Shown piece by piece: positions 20,855-30,016 of a stretch of DNA of 64,000 nucleotides (positions are counted from its first letter, which is position 1; every line of letters begins with the position of its first letter). The stretch is from a virus. The notes under the pieces were generated by a model that was given only the letters and a program-made list of their open reading frames with translations, was not told where the DNA came from and did no database searches. Where the stretch lies: the IMG/VR virus record IMGVR_UViG_3300009376_000001; one strand, written 5' to 3'. Position numbers and translations under genes: made by a program.

Positions 20855-21427
20855 ATGAGAATAGCATCGTTTGATATTGAAACGACGGACTTGAAAGCTA
20901 ACATGGGAATTGTACTGTGTGCAAGTTTTCATGAAATTGTTCCACCTGGTTATTATTCTAATCATCACGATACCCCAAATAAACCCTATACCTTAAAACT
21001 AAAAATAGAGGACCCCTACGATCCTAATCCTGATAAAGCGTTAGTAATAGCTATTAGAGATGAAGTAGAGAAATATAACGGTATCGTTACATGGAATGGG
21101 AAAATGTTTGATGTTCCTTTCATCAACTCCCGTTTAATGTTCCACGGCGAGCGTCCGGTAAAACCACAATTTCACATAGACGCAATGTACTATGCCGGAG
21201 GTACTGCAAATAGAATTGGTAGCCGACGATTAATATCAGTTCAACAATTCTTAGGTATTAATCCTGAAGAAGGTAAAACTCCGCTAACTTGGGATACATG
21301 GAAATCCGCCATGCGGGGCAGTCCTAAAGCTATGAAAGATGTTGTTAAACATTGTGAAATGGACGTAGTCGTTCTTACTAAGGCGTATTGGGCCTTACTG
21401 CCTTATATAGCTAACATACACAGATAG
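20855..21427 (+). CDS. DEDD/DnaQ-like 3'-5' exonuclease (RNase_H_2-like)
   Basis: FDIETT, TWNGKMFDVPFI, HCEMDV; GGAGGT RBS. Confidence 0.8.
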   Translation: MRIASFDIETTDLKANMGIVLCASFHEIVPPGYYSNHHDTPNKPYTLKLKIEDPYDPNPDKALVIAIRDEVEKYNGIVTWNGKMFDVPFINSRLMFHGERPVKPQFHIDAMYYAGGTANRIGSRRLISVQQFLGINPEEGKTPLTWDTWKSAMRGSPKAMKDVVKHCEMDVVVLTKAYWALLPYIANIHR

Positions 21428-21511
21428 GGATTGCATTTCAAGTTTACGCTTGGTATAATTATACAAACTCACTGTTTTAAGTAAGATACTAAAAGTATCA
21501 CAAGGTGAAAG

Positions 21512-22402
21512 GTGGCATTTTTGGTAGAGCTAAACACACGCCAAAGTTTAGAAAAATACCTAGTTGATAACCCTACAGGAAGAATAAATACCGCAGAACT
21601 TAGCAGAGCATTGGGAGTTTCTCGTCAACGTATATGTAATCTATTAGATACAATGGGAGAAGATAGACATCATAGACTCCCTGCTCTGATTAATCATTGT
21701 AAAACTTGCAAAAAACCTATCAGTAAGCATGCAACGTTCTGTAGAACTCACGCTAAAATTATTGAACGACATCCTGGCGCATACTACCAATGTAGAGTAT
21801 GTCAACAACATAAAGTATTAGAACAATTTGCTAAGAGTAATATTTCATCATCAGGATATGAAACTCGTTGTTTAGATTGCAGAGCTAAGTGGCAACGTAA
21901 TTATTACAAAACGGAGAGAGGTAAACAGAGTCACATTAAAACAACTCGTGCTCTATCTCAGAAACATCCTGAACGACAACGAGCATATTATCAAGTTTAC
22001 AAAGCATTAAAAAATGGAATTATCTCTAAGCAACCTTGTTTTAGATGTAACGCTTCAAAAACCCAAGCAGTACATTCAGATTACCGTAATCCTTTAGACA
22101 TTACTTGGGCATGTTTAACATGCCGTAGTGAATTACCTACTCCTGAAACCTATACTGCAAATCCGCTAGAAGATGGATTCAGGGAATTTATTCGAACTAG
22201 AATAGGTAAAACTAATGGACTAGGAAGATGGTTAGAAATTATTAAACAGCATTACAACATTACATTCTTAACCACTAATATCTTCTTAACGTCCATTAAA
22301 GAATATAAAGAAATCGAAGGATTAGGCCGACAGTACAGAGTCTTAGCATCTCAATATGCTAATGAACTTCTCATCGAATTATCTCCCGAAAACCATACCT
22401 AA
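21512..22402 (+). CDS. HTH + zinc-finger + degenerate HNH-like protein
   Basis: AELSRALGVSRQRI HTH; several CxxC; PCFRC...AVHSDYRNPLDITWACLTC resembles phage HNH (AHHxDYxKPLxVxWLCxxCH) with His substitutions. Confidence 0.55.
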   Translation: MAFLVELNTRQSLEKYLVDNPTGRINTAELSRALGVSRQRICNLLDTMGEDRHHRLPALINHCKTCKKPISKHATFCRTHAKIIERHPGAYYQCRVCQQHKVLEQFAKSNISSSGYETRCLDCRAKWQRNYYKTERGKQSHIKTTRALSQKHPERQRAYYQVYKALKNGIISKQPCFRCNASKTQAVHSDYRNPLDITWACLTCRSELPTPETYTANPLEDGFREFIRTRIGKTNGLGRWLEIIKQHYNITFLTTNIFLTSIKEYKEIEGLGRQYRVLASQYANELLIELSPENHT

Positions 22403-22410
22403 ATGACGTA

Positions 22411-22439
22411 TTGACTTCATCGATTATATTTGGTATACT
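22411..22439 (+). promoter_or_regulatory. sigma70 promoter of the tasA-like gene
   Basis: TTGACT-17 nt-TATACT with extended TG. Confidence 0.75.
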
Positions 22440-22497
22440 ACTGCCATGTCCTCAGAAATGGGGTCAAATTCAAAAGTCAATGTAAGACTATAACTGC

Positions 22498-23598
22498 ATG
22501 GAGAAAGGTATGGTAAAAGCACAGGAGATGGTTACCGATATCATGGGAGACGATGAAGAGTTTTCTCTGGATATGAATAGTATTCGATCCTTTCAGATAG
22601 AACTTGTAAATCGAATCACTAAGGATGCTCTCGATAAAATTGGTTCGAATCCTCAAGGTATGTCAAAGGATGAAATTCGTTTTCTAGTTAGTTCTTATTA
22701 TGGCGTTCAAGAACTACGTAAGCTACTAAAGAATCGAGTTTCGGCTCTCTCAAAGCAAGATGATCCTGCTTCTATGTTCTCTTTTGTTTCTGATGGTATT
22801 GAAACTACCGAGAAAAATATTCAAAAATTCCTAGCAGTTGCTAGCGGTCAGGAAGTAATCGGACAGTGGGCAGAGTCTATACGAGGCATTGGGCCAGTTA
22901 TTTCCGCAGGTTTACTTGCTCATATTGATATGAATAAAGCTCCTACGGTTGGACATATATGGCGGTTTGCGGGATTAGACCCAACATTGGAATGGCTAGG
23001 ACGAGATAAGTCCTCCAAGTTGGTATCTGAACTCATAGAAGGCCGTGGAGCCGAAGTTACTGAAGAACAGTTTGCTCAGATTGCTACTGCAGCTAATCGC
23101 AAAGCAGATACTTTCATGGAACAAGTTCAGAATTTTGCTACTTCAACAGGAAAGGGTTCTTACTTAACCAAAGATAATATAGTTAAAACCCTTTCAAAGC
23201 GTCCTTGGAATGCTGATTTGAAATTAATATGTTGGAAGTTGGGTGAATCCTTTGTAAAGGTTTCAAACCATCCAGAAGATATATACGGTAAAGTCTACCA
23301 AGCACGAAAAATGCTAGAGACTCAGAATAACGAATCGGGTAAGTATGCAGAACAAGCTGCTAAGAAACTGGAACGTGTAGGACGTTCTACCGATGCATAT
23401 AAGTCGTATGTATTAGGTAAACTACCTCCTGCTCACTTACATGCACGAGCTAAACGGTATGCTGTAAAACTATTCTTGGCACATTGGCATCATGTAAACC
23501 ATGAAGCAACATTCGGCACACCTCCGCCAAAGCCATATATCTTGAACCAAGAAGGCCATACGCATTATATTGCTCCCCCTAATTGGCCTATGGCGTAA
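22498..23598 (+). CDS. tasA: TasA-like Nop/IS110-related RNA-binding protein (no RuvC/HNH domain)
   Basis: Coiled coil YYGVQELRKLLKNR, then IRGIGPVISAGLLAHID..GHIWRFAGLDP, KRPWNADLK and HLHARAKRYAVKLFLAHW. No N-terminal DEDD domain. A TIGR-like array is present in the window. Confidence 0.75.
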   Translation: MEKGMVKAQEMVTDIMGDDEEFSLDMNSIRSFQIELVNRITKDALDKIGSNPQGMSKDEIRFLVSSYYGVQELRKLLKNRVSALSKQDDPASMFSFVSDGIETTEKNIQKFLAVASGQEVIGQWAESIRGIGPVISAGLLAHIDMNKAPTVGHIWRFAGLDPTLEWLGRDKSSKLVSELIEGRGAEVTEEQFAQIATAANRKADTFMEQVQNFATSTGKGSYLTKDNIVKTLSKRPWNADLKLICWKLGESFVKVSNHPEDIYGKVYQARKMLETQNNESGKYAEQAAKKLERVGRSTDAYKSYVLGKLPPAHLHARAKRYAVKLFLAHWHHVNHEATFGTPPPKPYILNQEGHTHYIAPPNWPMA

Positions 23599-23603
23599 AT
23601 CAA

Positions 23604-23635
23604 TAGGCCACCTCATTGAAAGGTGGGGTGGCCTA
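23604..23635 (+). terminator. Strong hairpin after the tasA-like gene
   Basis: TAGGCCACCTCATT-GAAA-GGTGGGGTGGCCTA; no U-tract. Confidence 0.5.
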
Positions 23636-23648
23636 GCTAGGATTAACT

Positions 23649-23828
23649 ATGGCTGAGAAAAAAGAATATCAATGTCCAAGAGGACATACTTTTGCAACGG
23701 AATCTCCAATTATCATCGCAGTAGAAGATGACCCTGAATACAATTCAGGAGTAGTGTGTCCATACTGTTATGTGAATTGGTTTAGATTAAATATAAGTGC
23801 AGAGGAATCCTCTAGCCACTCCGCCTGA
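23649..23828 (+). CDS. Small zinc-binding protein (59 aa)
   Basis: CPRGH...CPYC; not in the track. Confidence 0.55.
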   Translation: MAEKKEYQCPRGHTFATESPIIIAVEDDPEYNSGVVCPYCYVNWFRLNISAEESSSHSA

Positions 23829-23844
23829 TTGGTCAGAAAGAATG

Positions 23845-23889
23845 AGTGACCCTAGAGAAACTAGAGTACCATTTGAATCGAGTCAGTAT
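23845..23889 (+). repeat. Single degenerate TIGR-like unit
   Basis: AGTGACCCT-agagaaact-AGAGTACCA-tttgaatcg-AGTCAGTAT; the loop repeat matches the main array exactly. Confidence 0.55.
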
Positions 23890-23954
23890 TGACTTAGTCT
23901 AGAAAATATGGTATAGTACTAAATACAAACTAAAGTAAAGGAGTTTTCGCATAA

Positions 23955-24407
23955 ATGCTATCACGTAGACAAACTTTTCCTAGAAGACGGCCTCTCTTTT
24001 CTAATCTAATTGAAGAATTTCTATCTCCGACGGTCAACAAGGACTCATATACGTCTCAACCTTCTGTCTTTGATGTAGTTCAAAAATTAGATGAAGAACG
24101 AGATATAGCACTTACATATATGTTCCTACCAGGTGTTACATCCGATCAAGTTGATGTCTCAGTAAATTCAACTGCTCACGTTATTAATATAGTAGTTAAT
24201 GTGAATGAGACAGATACTAATGACGTACTAACGCATGTATATGCTAATCGAGTACAAAAGTCATTTCGTATGACCTCAGATTATGATATCGAACAGACGA
24301 CGGTAGATTTGTCTAATGGAATATTAACCCTTACGACACCTCGTCTATCGAAATCCCCCGAATCTATAAAACTACCTATCAATACAAAAACAGAAAAGAA
24401 AAAGTAA
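23955..24407 (+). CDS. Hsp20/alpha-crystallin small heat-shock protein
   Basis: FLPGV..DQVDV and KSFRM..LSNGILTLTTP; own TTGACT/TATAGT promoter at 23889. Confidence 0.75.
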   Translation: MLSRRQTFPRRRPLFSNLIEEFLSPTVNKDSYTSQPSVFDVVQKLDEERDIALTYMFLPGVTSDQVDVSVNSTAHVINIVVNVNETDTNDVLTHVYANRVQKSFRMTSDYDIEQTTVDLSNGILTLTTPRLSKSPESIKLPINTKTEKKK

Positions 24408-24499
24408 GGTTAAGAAACATCCCCCCGAAGGCGGAAGCCGTGCTCCTGTGCGGATTGATTGAATATATGACGAAGCCTAGGGGGGTCTAAAATATTATT

Positions 24500-24811
24500 A
24501 TGTCACTACTAATACTAGCTCTAACAATAATTTTAATAGTCATTCTTTGGTCAACTTTTTGGAAAATTCTAGGATTTATGATATCCTTATTTAGAGGACT
24601 TATAGGACTTCCATATCGTTGGTTAATGAATAAAACAGAATGGGGACGCTTTGATAGAGAGCCTTCGCCATTTACTCCAGAAGATCCATCCTCTATATGG
24701 GTATCGGGCAATAACGGAACCTATTTTAGATATAACATATTAGCTGAAGGAGATGATTGGGATAATCAGGTAGATAATCTCAATTCATTTTATAGGGAAA
24801 ACGGTAAATAA
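24500..24811 (+). CDS. Membrane protein
   Basis: N-terminal hydrophobic helix. Confidence 0.55.
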   Translation: MSLLILALTIILIVILWSTFWKILGFMISLFRGLIGLPYRWLMNKTEWGRFDREPSPFTPEDPSSIWVSGNNGTYFRYNILAEGDDWDNQVDNLNSFYRENGK

Positions 24812-24828
24812 AGGTTAGGAGAACGACG

Positions 24829-25059
24829 ATGTTCGGACTATTTGGCGGAAAAAAGGCTACTACTACTACGGAATCCCCTCTCAAAGATAATGCATACGCA
24901 TTACGCAACGAAATTCACCGCATACAAGAAGAACTGTCCACAGTCTTAGAATCTAAGGGACGTGCAACGAAAGATGAACGTACTGTTATCGTTACGTCTT
25001 CTTTAGATGCGTTTAAGAAAGTAGACAACTTCCTTCTTAAATACATGACAGTAAAGTAG
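24829..25059 (+). CDS. Hypothetical protein
   Basis: AGGAG RBS. Confidence 0.6.
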   Translation: MFGLFGGKKATTTTESPLKDNAYALRNEIHRIQEELSTVLESKGRATKDERTVIVTSSLDAFKKVDNFLLKYMTVK

Positions 25060-25066
25060 CTCACTA

Positions 25067-25435
25067 ATGTTTGAATATTTTTGTAAAGTTACTCGTGTTG
25101 TAGATGGCGACACTATCGATGTGAATATCGATTTAGGATTTCAAATCTGGCATAAAGCTCGTGTGCGAATGCTAGGGATAGACACTCCTGAAAGCAGAAC
25201 ACGTAACAAAGCAGAAAAAGCACTAGGCTTGGCGAGCAAGCAGCGTCTAAAAGACATGCTTAAAGGCCAAAAAGTTAAGATTGCATGTAGCAAAGAAAAA
25301 GGTAAATTTGGTCGAGTTTTAGCTACCGTTATTACTGTAGCTGAAGATGGTACGGAAACTGATTGTAATAATCAATTATGTATCGAAGGACATGCTCGAC
25401 CTTATTTTGGTGGTAAAAAAATCCCGTGGGTATAA
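25067..25435 (+). CDS. Thermonuclease (SNase) family protein
   Basis: RVVDGDT, RVRMLGIDTPE, GKFGRVLA. Confidence 0.88.
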   Translation: MFEYFCKVTRVVDGDTIDVNIDLGFQIWHKARVRMLGIDTPESRTRNKAEKALGLASKQRLKDMLKGQKVKIACSKEKGKFGRVLATVITVAEDGTETDCNNQLCIEGHARPYFGGKKIPWV

Positions 25436-25447
25436 GGTAAAAGATTA

Positions 25448-25942
25448 ATGACTAGAATAACTCCACAATATTATCAAGAGAATAGCGCATCTAGAAGTAG
25501 ATTAGAATGGCTTAAAAAGTTAGTAGAAAATCAGGGACGTACTATTCCTGATGATTTTGATGTTGATGAAATTAGTTGGGTAACAGATCGCCTAGGAATA
25601 ACGGATTTTGAAGGTAGTGAAGAATCTGTACTACAAAACTATTTCACTATTTGTGTTGCTGGAGAATTAGATTCTTCTGCCCAAATAAAAGCTGACTTAG
25701 ATCCGTATTCAGGACGAGTTACCGACGATTTAACAGAATTAGCAGCATTGATACATAAAGTACTTACAGAATCTGATGATTCAAAAGTAGTTGTACACTG
25801 CGCTATGGGAATGGAACGCAGTCCTCTCACAGTAGTGTGGTATTTACACACTTATCATGACATGTCTATTGATGACGCATACGACCTAGCCATTCAAGCT
25901 AGACCAGTAGTGTGTGATCGTCGTGAGTGGATTGATTCTTAG
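25448..25942 (+). CDS. Dual-specificity/PTP-like phosphatase
   Basis: VVVHCAMGMERS (HCx5R). Confidence 0.85.
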   Translation: MTRITPQYYQENSASRSRLEWLKKLVENQGRTIPDDFDVDEISWVTDRLGITDFEGSEESVLQNYFTICVAGELDSSAQIKADLDPYSGRVTDDLTELAALIHKVLTESDDSKVVVHCAMGMERSPLTVVWYLHTYHDMSIDDAYDLAIQARPVVCDRREWIDS

Positions 25943-25954
25943 AGCAGGAGAAGA

Positions 25955-26116
25955 ATGGGTAAATTAATTGAAGCAACATGTCCATATTGTAAAGAGATAC
26001 GTACTATTCAAAAAAGAAATCAATATGACAATGCAGAACGACCCTGTAGACCCTGTTCTATACAAAGAGCAAAGCATTTTCTAAATAAAAATATGTTTAG
26101 GAAAAATGACCGCTGA
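25955..26116 (+). CDS. Small zinc-finger protein (53 aa)
   Basis: CPYC...RPCRPC; AGGAG RBS; resembles 27318..27557. Confidence 0.55.
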   Translation: MGKLIEATCPYCKEIRTIQKRNQYDNAERPCRPCSIQRAKHFLNKNMFRKNDR

Positions 26117-26453
26117 TATTATAAATATCAAACGTATTGAATTTAAAGATGGTACTTTTATAACGTTTGAGCAAGCAGCTAGACGCATACAAAAAGAAAA
26201 TAGACTCGCTAAAGGCTATTGGATTAAAAATGATTTACGTCCTGCAACAGGTGTACTAGAAGAATGGACTCGATGTGGAGATGAAGACTGCATCGAGCCT
26301 TATCTTTGTTACACCCCTGTGAAAAAACGTAGACTTGCTAATAGCTGGTTTGCAGTGTCTATATCAGCTAACAATGATAAAGGCATCGAGGAAACAGCTG
26401 AAGAGCATTGTGTTCGAATGTCTCAATGGTTAAGAAGCTTTAAACGAGGATAA
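26106..26453 (+). CDS. Hypothetical protein
   Basis: Packed ORF. Confidence 0.55.
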   Translation: MTADIINIKRIEFKDGTFITFEQAARRIQKENRLAKGYWIKNDLRPATGVLEEWTRCGDEDCIEPYLCYTPVKKRRLANSWFAVSISANNDKGIEETAEEHCVRMSQWLRSFKRG

Positions 26454-26455
26454 TA

Positions 26456-26854
26456 ATGTTTGCATTAGTAAAATTCGTTGTAGCAATTCTTATAATGTTT
26501 AAGTTGATTCCTAAAAGTCAGTTAATGACTCAACATGATATCACTATTCTAGAAGATGAATTACAACAATTAAGTAAAGTAAACCTTCGGCATTCTGAAA
26601 ACTTAACGAATGCTAAAAAAGAATTAAAAGATATGGAAAAACGATATCAAGATTCTTTTCTCGCAGAAAATGAAGCGAAAGAAAACTTGAAAGCTGCAGA
26701 AAGTCGAATTAAAACTCTTTACCAAGAAAAAACAGAAGCTGTAACAGCAGAAGAAGTAGCTACCCAACAATATTCAGCATTACAAACAGAAATGTTAACT
26801 GCGACAGAGTTATCCACTAAACTAAAAGAGGCATTATCGAAATGGATGAGTTAA
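26456..26854 (+). CDS. Membrane-anchored coiled-coil protein
   Basis: N-terminal hydrophobic stretch followed by a heptad-rich region. Confidence 0.55.
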   Translation: MFALVKFVVAILIMFKLIPKSQLMTQHDITILEDELQQLSKVNLRHSENLTNAKKELKDMEKRYQDSFLAENEAKENLKAAESRIKTLYQEKTEAVTAEEVATQQYSALQTEMLTATELSTKLKEALSKWMS

Positions 26855-27318
26855 TAAGTAACTTAGAACATTGTCTAAGTATATTTGAGGCTCCTACGGT
26901 TGCCTCTACAGAACAAAATGGATTCTTTGTTCGTTCCAGTATTACTCAATTCGGATTAAATTATGCGAATAAAAAAGGCATTACATATGGAATGGACATC
27001 TTTGCACTAGACAATAAGTATCAAGTAACCACCCAAAAAGATATGAGAAAGATTATTGATTGGGATTGGACAGATAATAAAAAATACGTCGCAGAAAAAT
27101 ACGACTGTGACAACTTCGCATTTAGTTTCAAAGCAATGGTTGACAGAAGATTTGGAATAAATAATGTTGGACTAGTTGTGGACTATTCTGGTGGACATGC
27201 TTACAACATTATGGTCTTTAATGACGGCTCAGTGCGTTTATTTGAGCCACAAACGGATCGATGGGCGAGGGTTGGGACAGGTCAATATAAATTTGAAGAA
27301 GGAAAGATTTTAATCTAA
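26842..27318 (+). CDS. Papain/transglutaminase-like cysteine hydrolase
   Basis: YDCDNFA...GHAYN...FEPQTD putative triad. Confidence 0.55.
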   Translation: MDELISNLEHCLSIFEAPTVASTEQNGFFVRSSITQFGLNYANKKGITYGMDIFALDNKYQVTTQKDMRKIIDWDWTDNKKYVAEKYDCDNFAFSFKAMVDRRFGINNVGLVVDYSGGHAYNIMVFNDGSVRLFEPQTDRWARVGTGQYKFEEGKILI

Positions 27319-28199
27319 TGCCTATTGTTGGTGATGAAATAAGAGGAAACGAAATAGGGTATACCACTAAGGGTTCTGCACGAATTTGGTTTGTTTGGGT
27401 TCAATGTCCTGGTTGTTTAGAAGAACGATGGGCTAGAAAAAAATCAGCATTGAATCCAGTAAATAATACGAAAAGACTATGCTCTCCTTGTGCTGTCAAA
27501 CAAGCTAAGACTTTCCGTCTTAATACGGCAAAAGCAGCCGTAGAGGGACGCATTTAAATGAGCAAAGGTAAACACCAAGATCCTACACCTGATGTGGTAG
27601 ATGTAATCTTATATTATTTTGACGAAGGTAAGTGGTTCACTCAGGAGCCTCAACCTCGTCCAATTAGGTTCCATATCATAGGGAAAACTATGGGTTCAGC
27701 TAGATGGCGACCTCATCTAATACAACATAAAGACCCATTGCCTCCTATGAGAAAGAAAAAAGAATATGATGGAATGCTTGAAATACTAAGAGAGGGAATC
27801 TCTCATCAAGTATCGTTAGATTGTGCAACAATAACTAAAGACTTACTTGATGATATTAGCGGAGAGGATGAATAAATGCCCGATAGGCAAGGTAGGATTC
27901 CAGAAGTATATAAATGTATATGCGGAGTAACCATTGCGGATAAACGTAAAAGTTTAAAAAAACATCTTACAACTAAAGCACATTTAGCTTTTGCTGATTG
28001 TCCTCCACATCATTTTCAAATTGGTGTGTCTAATGGGCCACTAAGTGCAGGTTCTTGTATAAAATGCGGTCTAACTAAACAATTTGAAAATTCCATAAAT
28101 TATGGATGGGGTGGCTACCAGCAACGTCAATATGAAGAAGAACAAAAACAGAAAGAACAACAAGAACAATTAGTAGAACAATTAGTAGCTACGGAATGA
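27318..28199 (+). CDS. Three small hypothetical genes (27318-27557, 27558-27875, 27876-28199), two with zinc-finger motifs
   Basis: Abutting ORFs; CxxC and C2H2-like motifs. Confidence 0.55.
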
Positions 28200-28212
28200 A
28201 CGTGAGGGAATT

Positions 28213-29046
28213 ATGCTATCAGTACAAGAGGTACACGATAAAGTTTTATACCCCGTAGTCAGAGTACGAACTGGAAATTCTGGCGGAAGTGGAGTTTTAG
28301 TATATAGTGAGCCGGATCCAAAAGACCCCTCACGATATATTAATATTGCATTAACATGTCAACACGTAATAGATGCTGCTATTAAAATCAGAGAAGAATT
28401 TGATCCCGTCTTAAAACAACAACGAAAAACTGACCACTTTGAAGAAGTTTCAGTTGAAATATTTGATTATGAGGGATCTACGTTAATATCAAGCAATTCG
28501 TCACAAGCTGATATTATCGCCTATGATAAGAATCATGATTTAGCTGCAGTTCGTTTAAAGAATTTTAGAAAAATAGAACACATAGCATCCGTAATTCCAA
28601 ATGATGAAATTAAAGATATGAGGGTTTGGGAACCAGCAATTACCTGCGGATGCAGTCTTTTACATGACCCATTCCCTAATCCAGGAAATATCACTTACCT
28701 TAGAGAAATTATTGAACAAAAAGCATACGTAATGGCGAATGCTCCTAGCATCTTTGGAAATAGTGGTGGCGGATTATTTCATGGAGATACTGGACATTTG
28801 TTAGGATTAACCAGTCGTGTCACTGTGAATCAACTAGGATTCGGATTAGATGTCCAAACATGGATGAATTTTTCTACACACCCTGATAGATTGTATGAAT
28901 TTTTCGAACATCAAGAATTACAATTTCTATATGATGATTCTGATGATTATTATTCAGCGATTGACCGTAGAGAAGTTAAAAGGAAGAACGCATTGCGTTC
29001 AATCTTATTTGAAGATTATGGCGTAGAGCCATCTCCTAATATCTAA
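28213..29046 (+). CDS. Trypsin-like serine protease
   Basis: GSGV, LTCQHV (His), HDLAAV (Asp), GNSGGGL (Ser). Confidence 0.85.
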   Translation: MLSVQEVHDKVLYPVVRVRTGNSGGSGVLVYSEPDPKDPSRYINIALTCQHVIDAAIKIREEFDPVLKQQRKTDHFEEVSVEIFDYEGSTLISSNSSQADIIAYDKNHDLAAVRLKNFRKIEHIASVIPNDEIKDMRVWEPAITCGCSLLHDPFPNPGNITYLREIIEQKAYVMANAPSIFGNSGGGLFHGDTGHLLGLTSRVTVNQLGFGLDVQTWMNFSTHPDRLYEFFEHQELQFLYDDSDDYYSAIDRREVKRKNALRSILFEDYGVEPSPNI

Positions 29047-29072
29047 TTGGTTAAGTTACGAAGGAGTAATGC

Positions 29073-29619
29073 ATGCCAGTATATGATTACCGAAGGACCG
29101 AGATGAATGCCAGCGATTTGCCGGATCAAATATGCATTGTATTAACGCCACAAGCATCAAAATCAGGTGATGGACAGATAGGACAGTCAGGCGCAGTTAC
29201 TCTAGAGACTATAGATATAACTGCGTATTTACCTATTTACACAGATTATCAAATAGCCCTGCAAGAAAACCCAAACTGCCCGATATATGTAATGAGCTTA
29301 GTAGACTTTAAACGTAGATTAGGCATGCCCATATAAACTAAATATATAAAGAGGTGCGAGCATGGATTCCCAATTTAGCATAATTACGGTAGCCGAGCGT
29401 CAACACGCTATGAAAATACTACATGATTATGCAGATACTACTCATTTTCCAGAACAGCTGGATAGGATATTACATCATCTTTTGCAGAAACAAATGCTCC
29501 ACACCTTACATGAAATTACCGACAAAATCTTACATTGCGGATACGTGATAGACCAAGTTAAACATATAGCCAATGAATTAACCGATCAACATGATACACA
29601 CTTGACTTCACTCACTTAA
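29073..29619 (+). CDS. Two hypothetical genes (29073-29336, 29362-29619)
   Basis: Each preceded by an RBS. Confidence 0.55.
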
Positions 29620-29659
29620 ATATGGTATACTACTAGTATCATATTAAAGGAGTACATAA

Positions 29660-30016
29660 GTGAGTCACCCAGAGACTTTCGAACAAGCCATGGATCTCAT
29701 ACTCGCAGAAATGCGAGAACTAATGTTAGATAGGCAGTATAAGTACGGGCCAGAAAACATTAGGGGTATGGGTATTCATGGCTTAATTGTTCGTATTAAT
29801 GATAAATTAGCTAGGATTAAAGAAGACCATAAAAATTGCTCTTTCTTAGGTGAATGTTCATTACGAGAATTACCTGACGAAGCTCGTGAAGACGCATGGA
29901 AAGACTTAGGAAACTATGCAGGAATTATCGCCTTAATGGTGATGCGAGATACTTGGGGATTACCGTTAGAGTATGACCCTACGATGGGTGCAGAAAATGA
30001 CTCCCACTCCGACTAA
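29660..30016 (+). CDS. DUF1599/Nmad1-like nucleotide-modification-associated protein
   Basis: KYGPENI..VRINDKLARI..DAWKDLGNYA; promoter TTGACT/TATACT at 29602. Confidence 0.65.
   Translation: MSHPETFEQAMDLILAEMRELMLDRQYKYGPENIRGMGIHGLIVRINDKLARIKEDHKNCSFLGECSLRELPDEAREDAWKDLGNYAGIIALMVMRDTWGLPLEYDPTMGAENDSHSD

Noticed and set aside
22498-23598. Active IS110/IS116 insertion sequence
   Set aside because: It lacks the N-terminal DEDD RuvC domain and a recognisable catalytic SG motif, and no element boundaries are visible.
24419-24488. ncRNA after the hsp20 gene (CCCCCC...GGGGGG closure)
   Set aside because: Only a short closing stem and no recognisable family; insufficient support.
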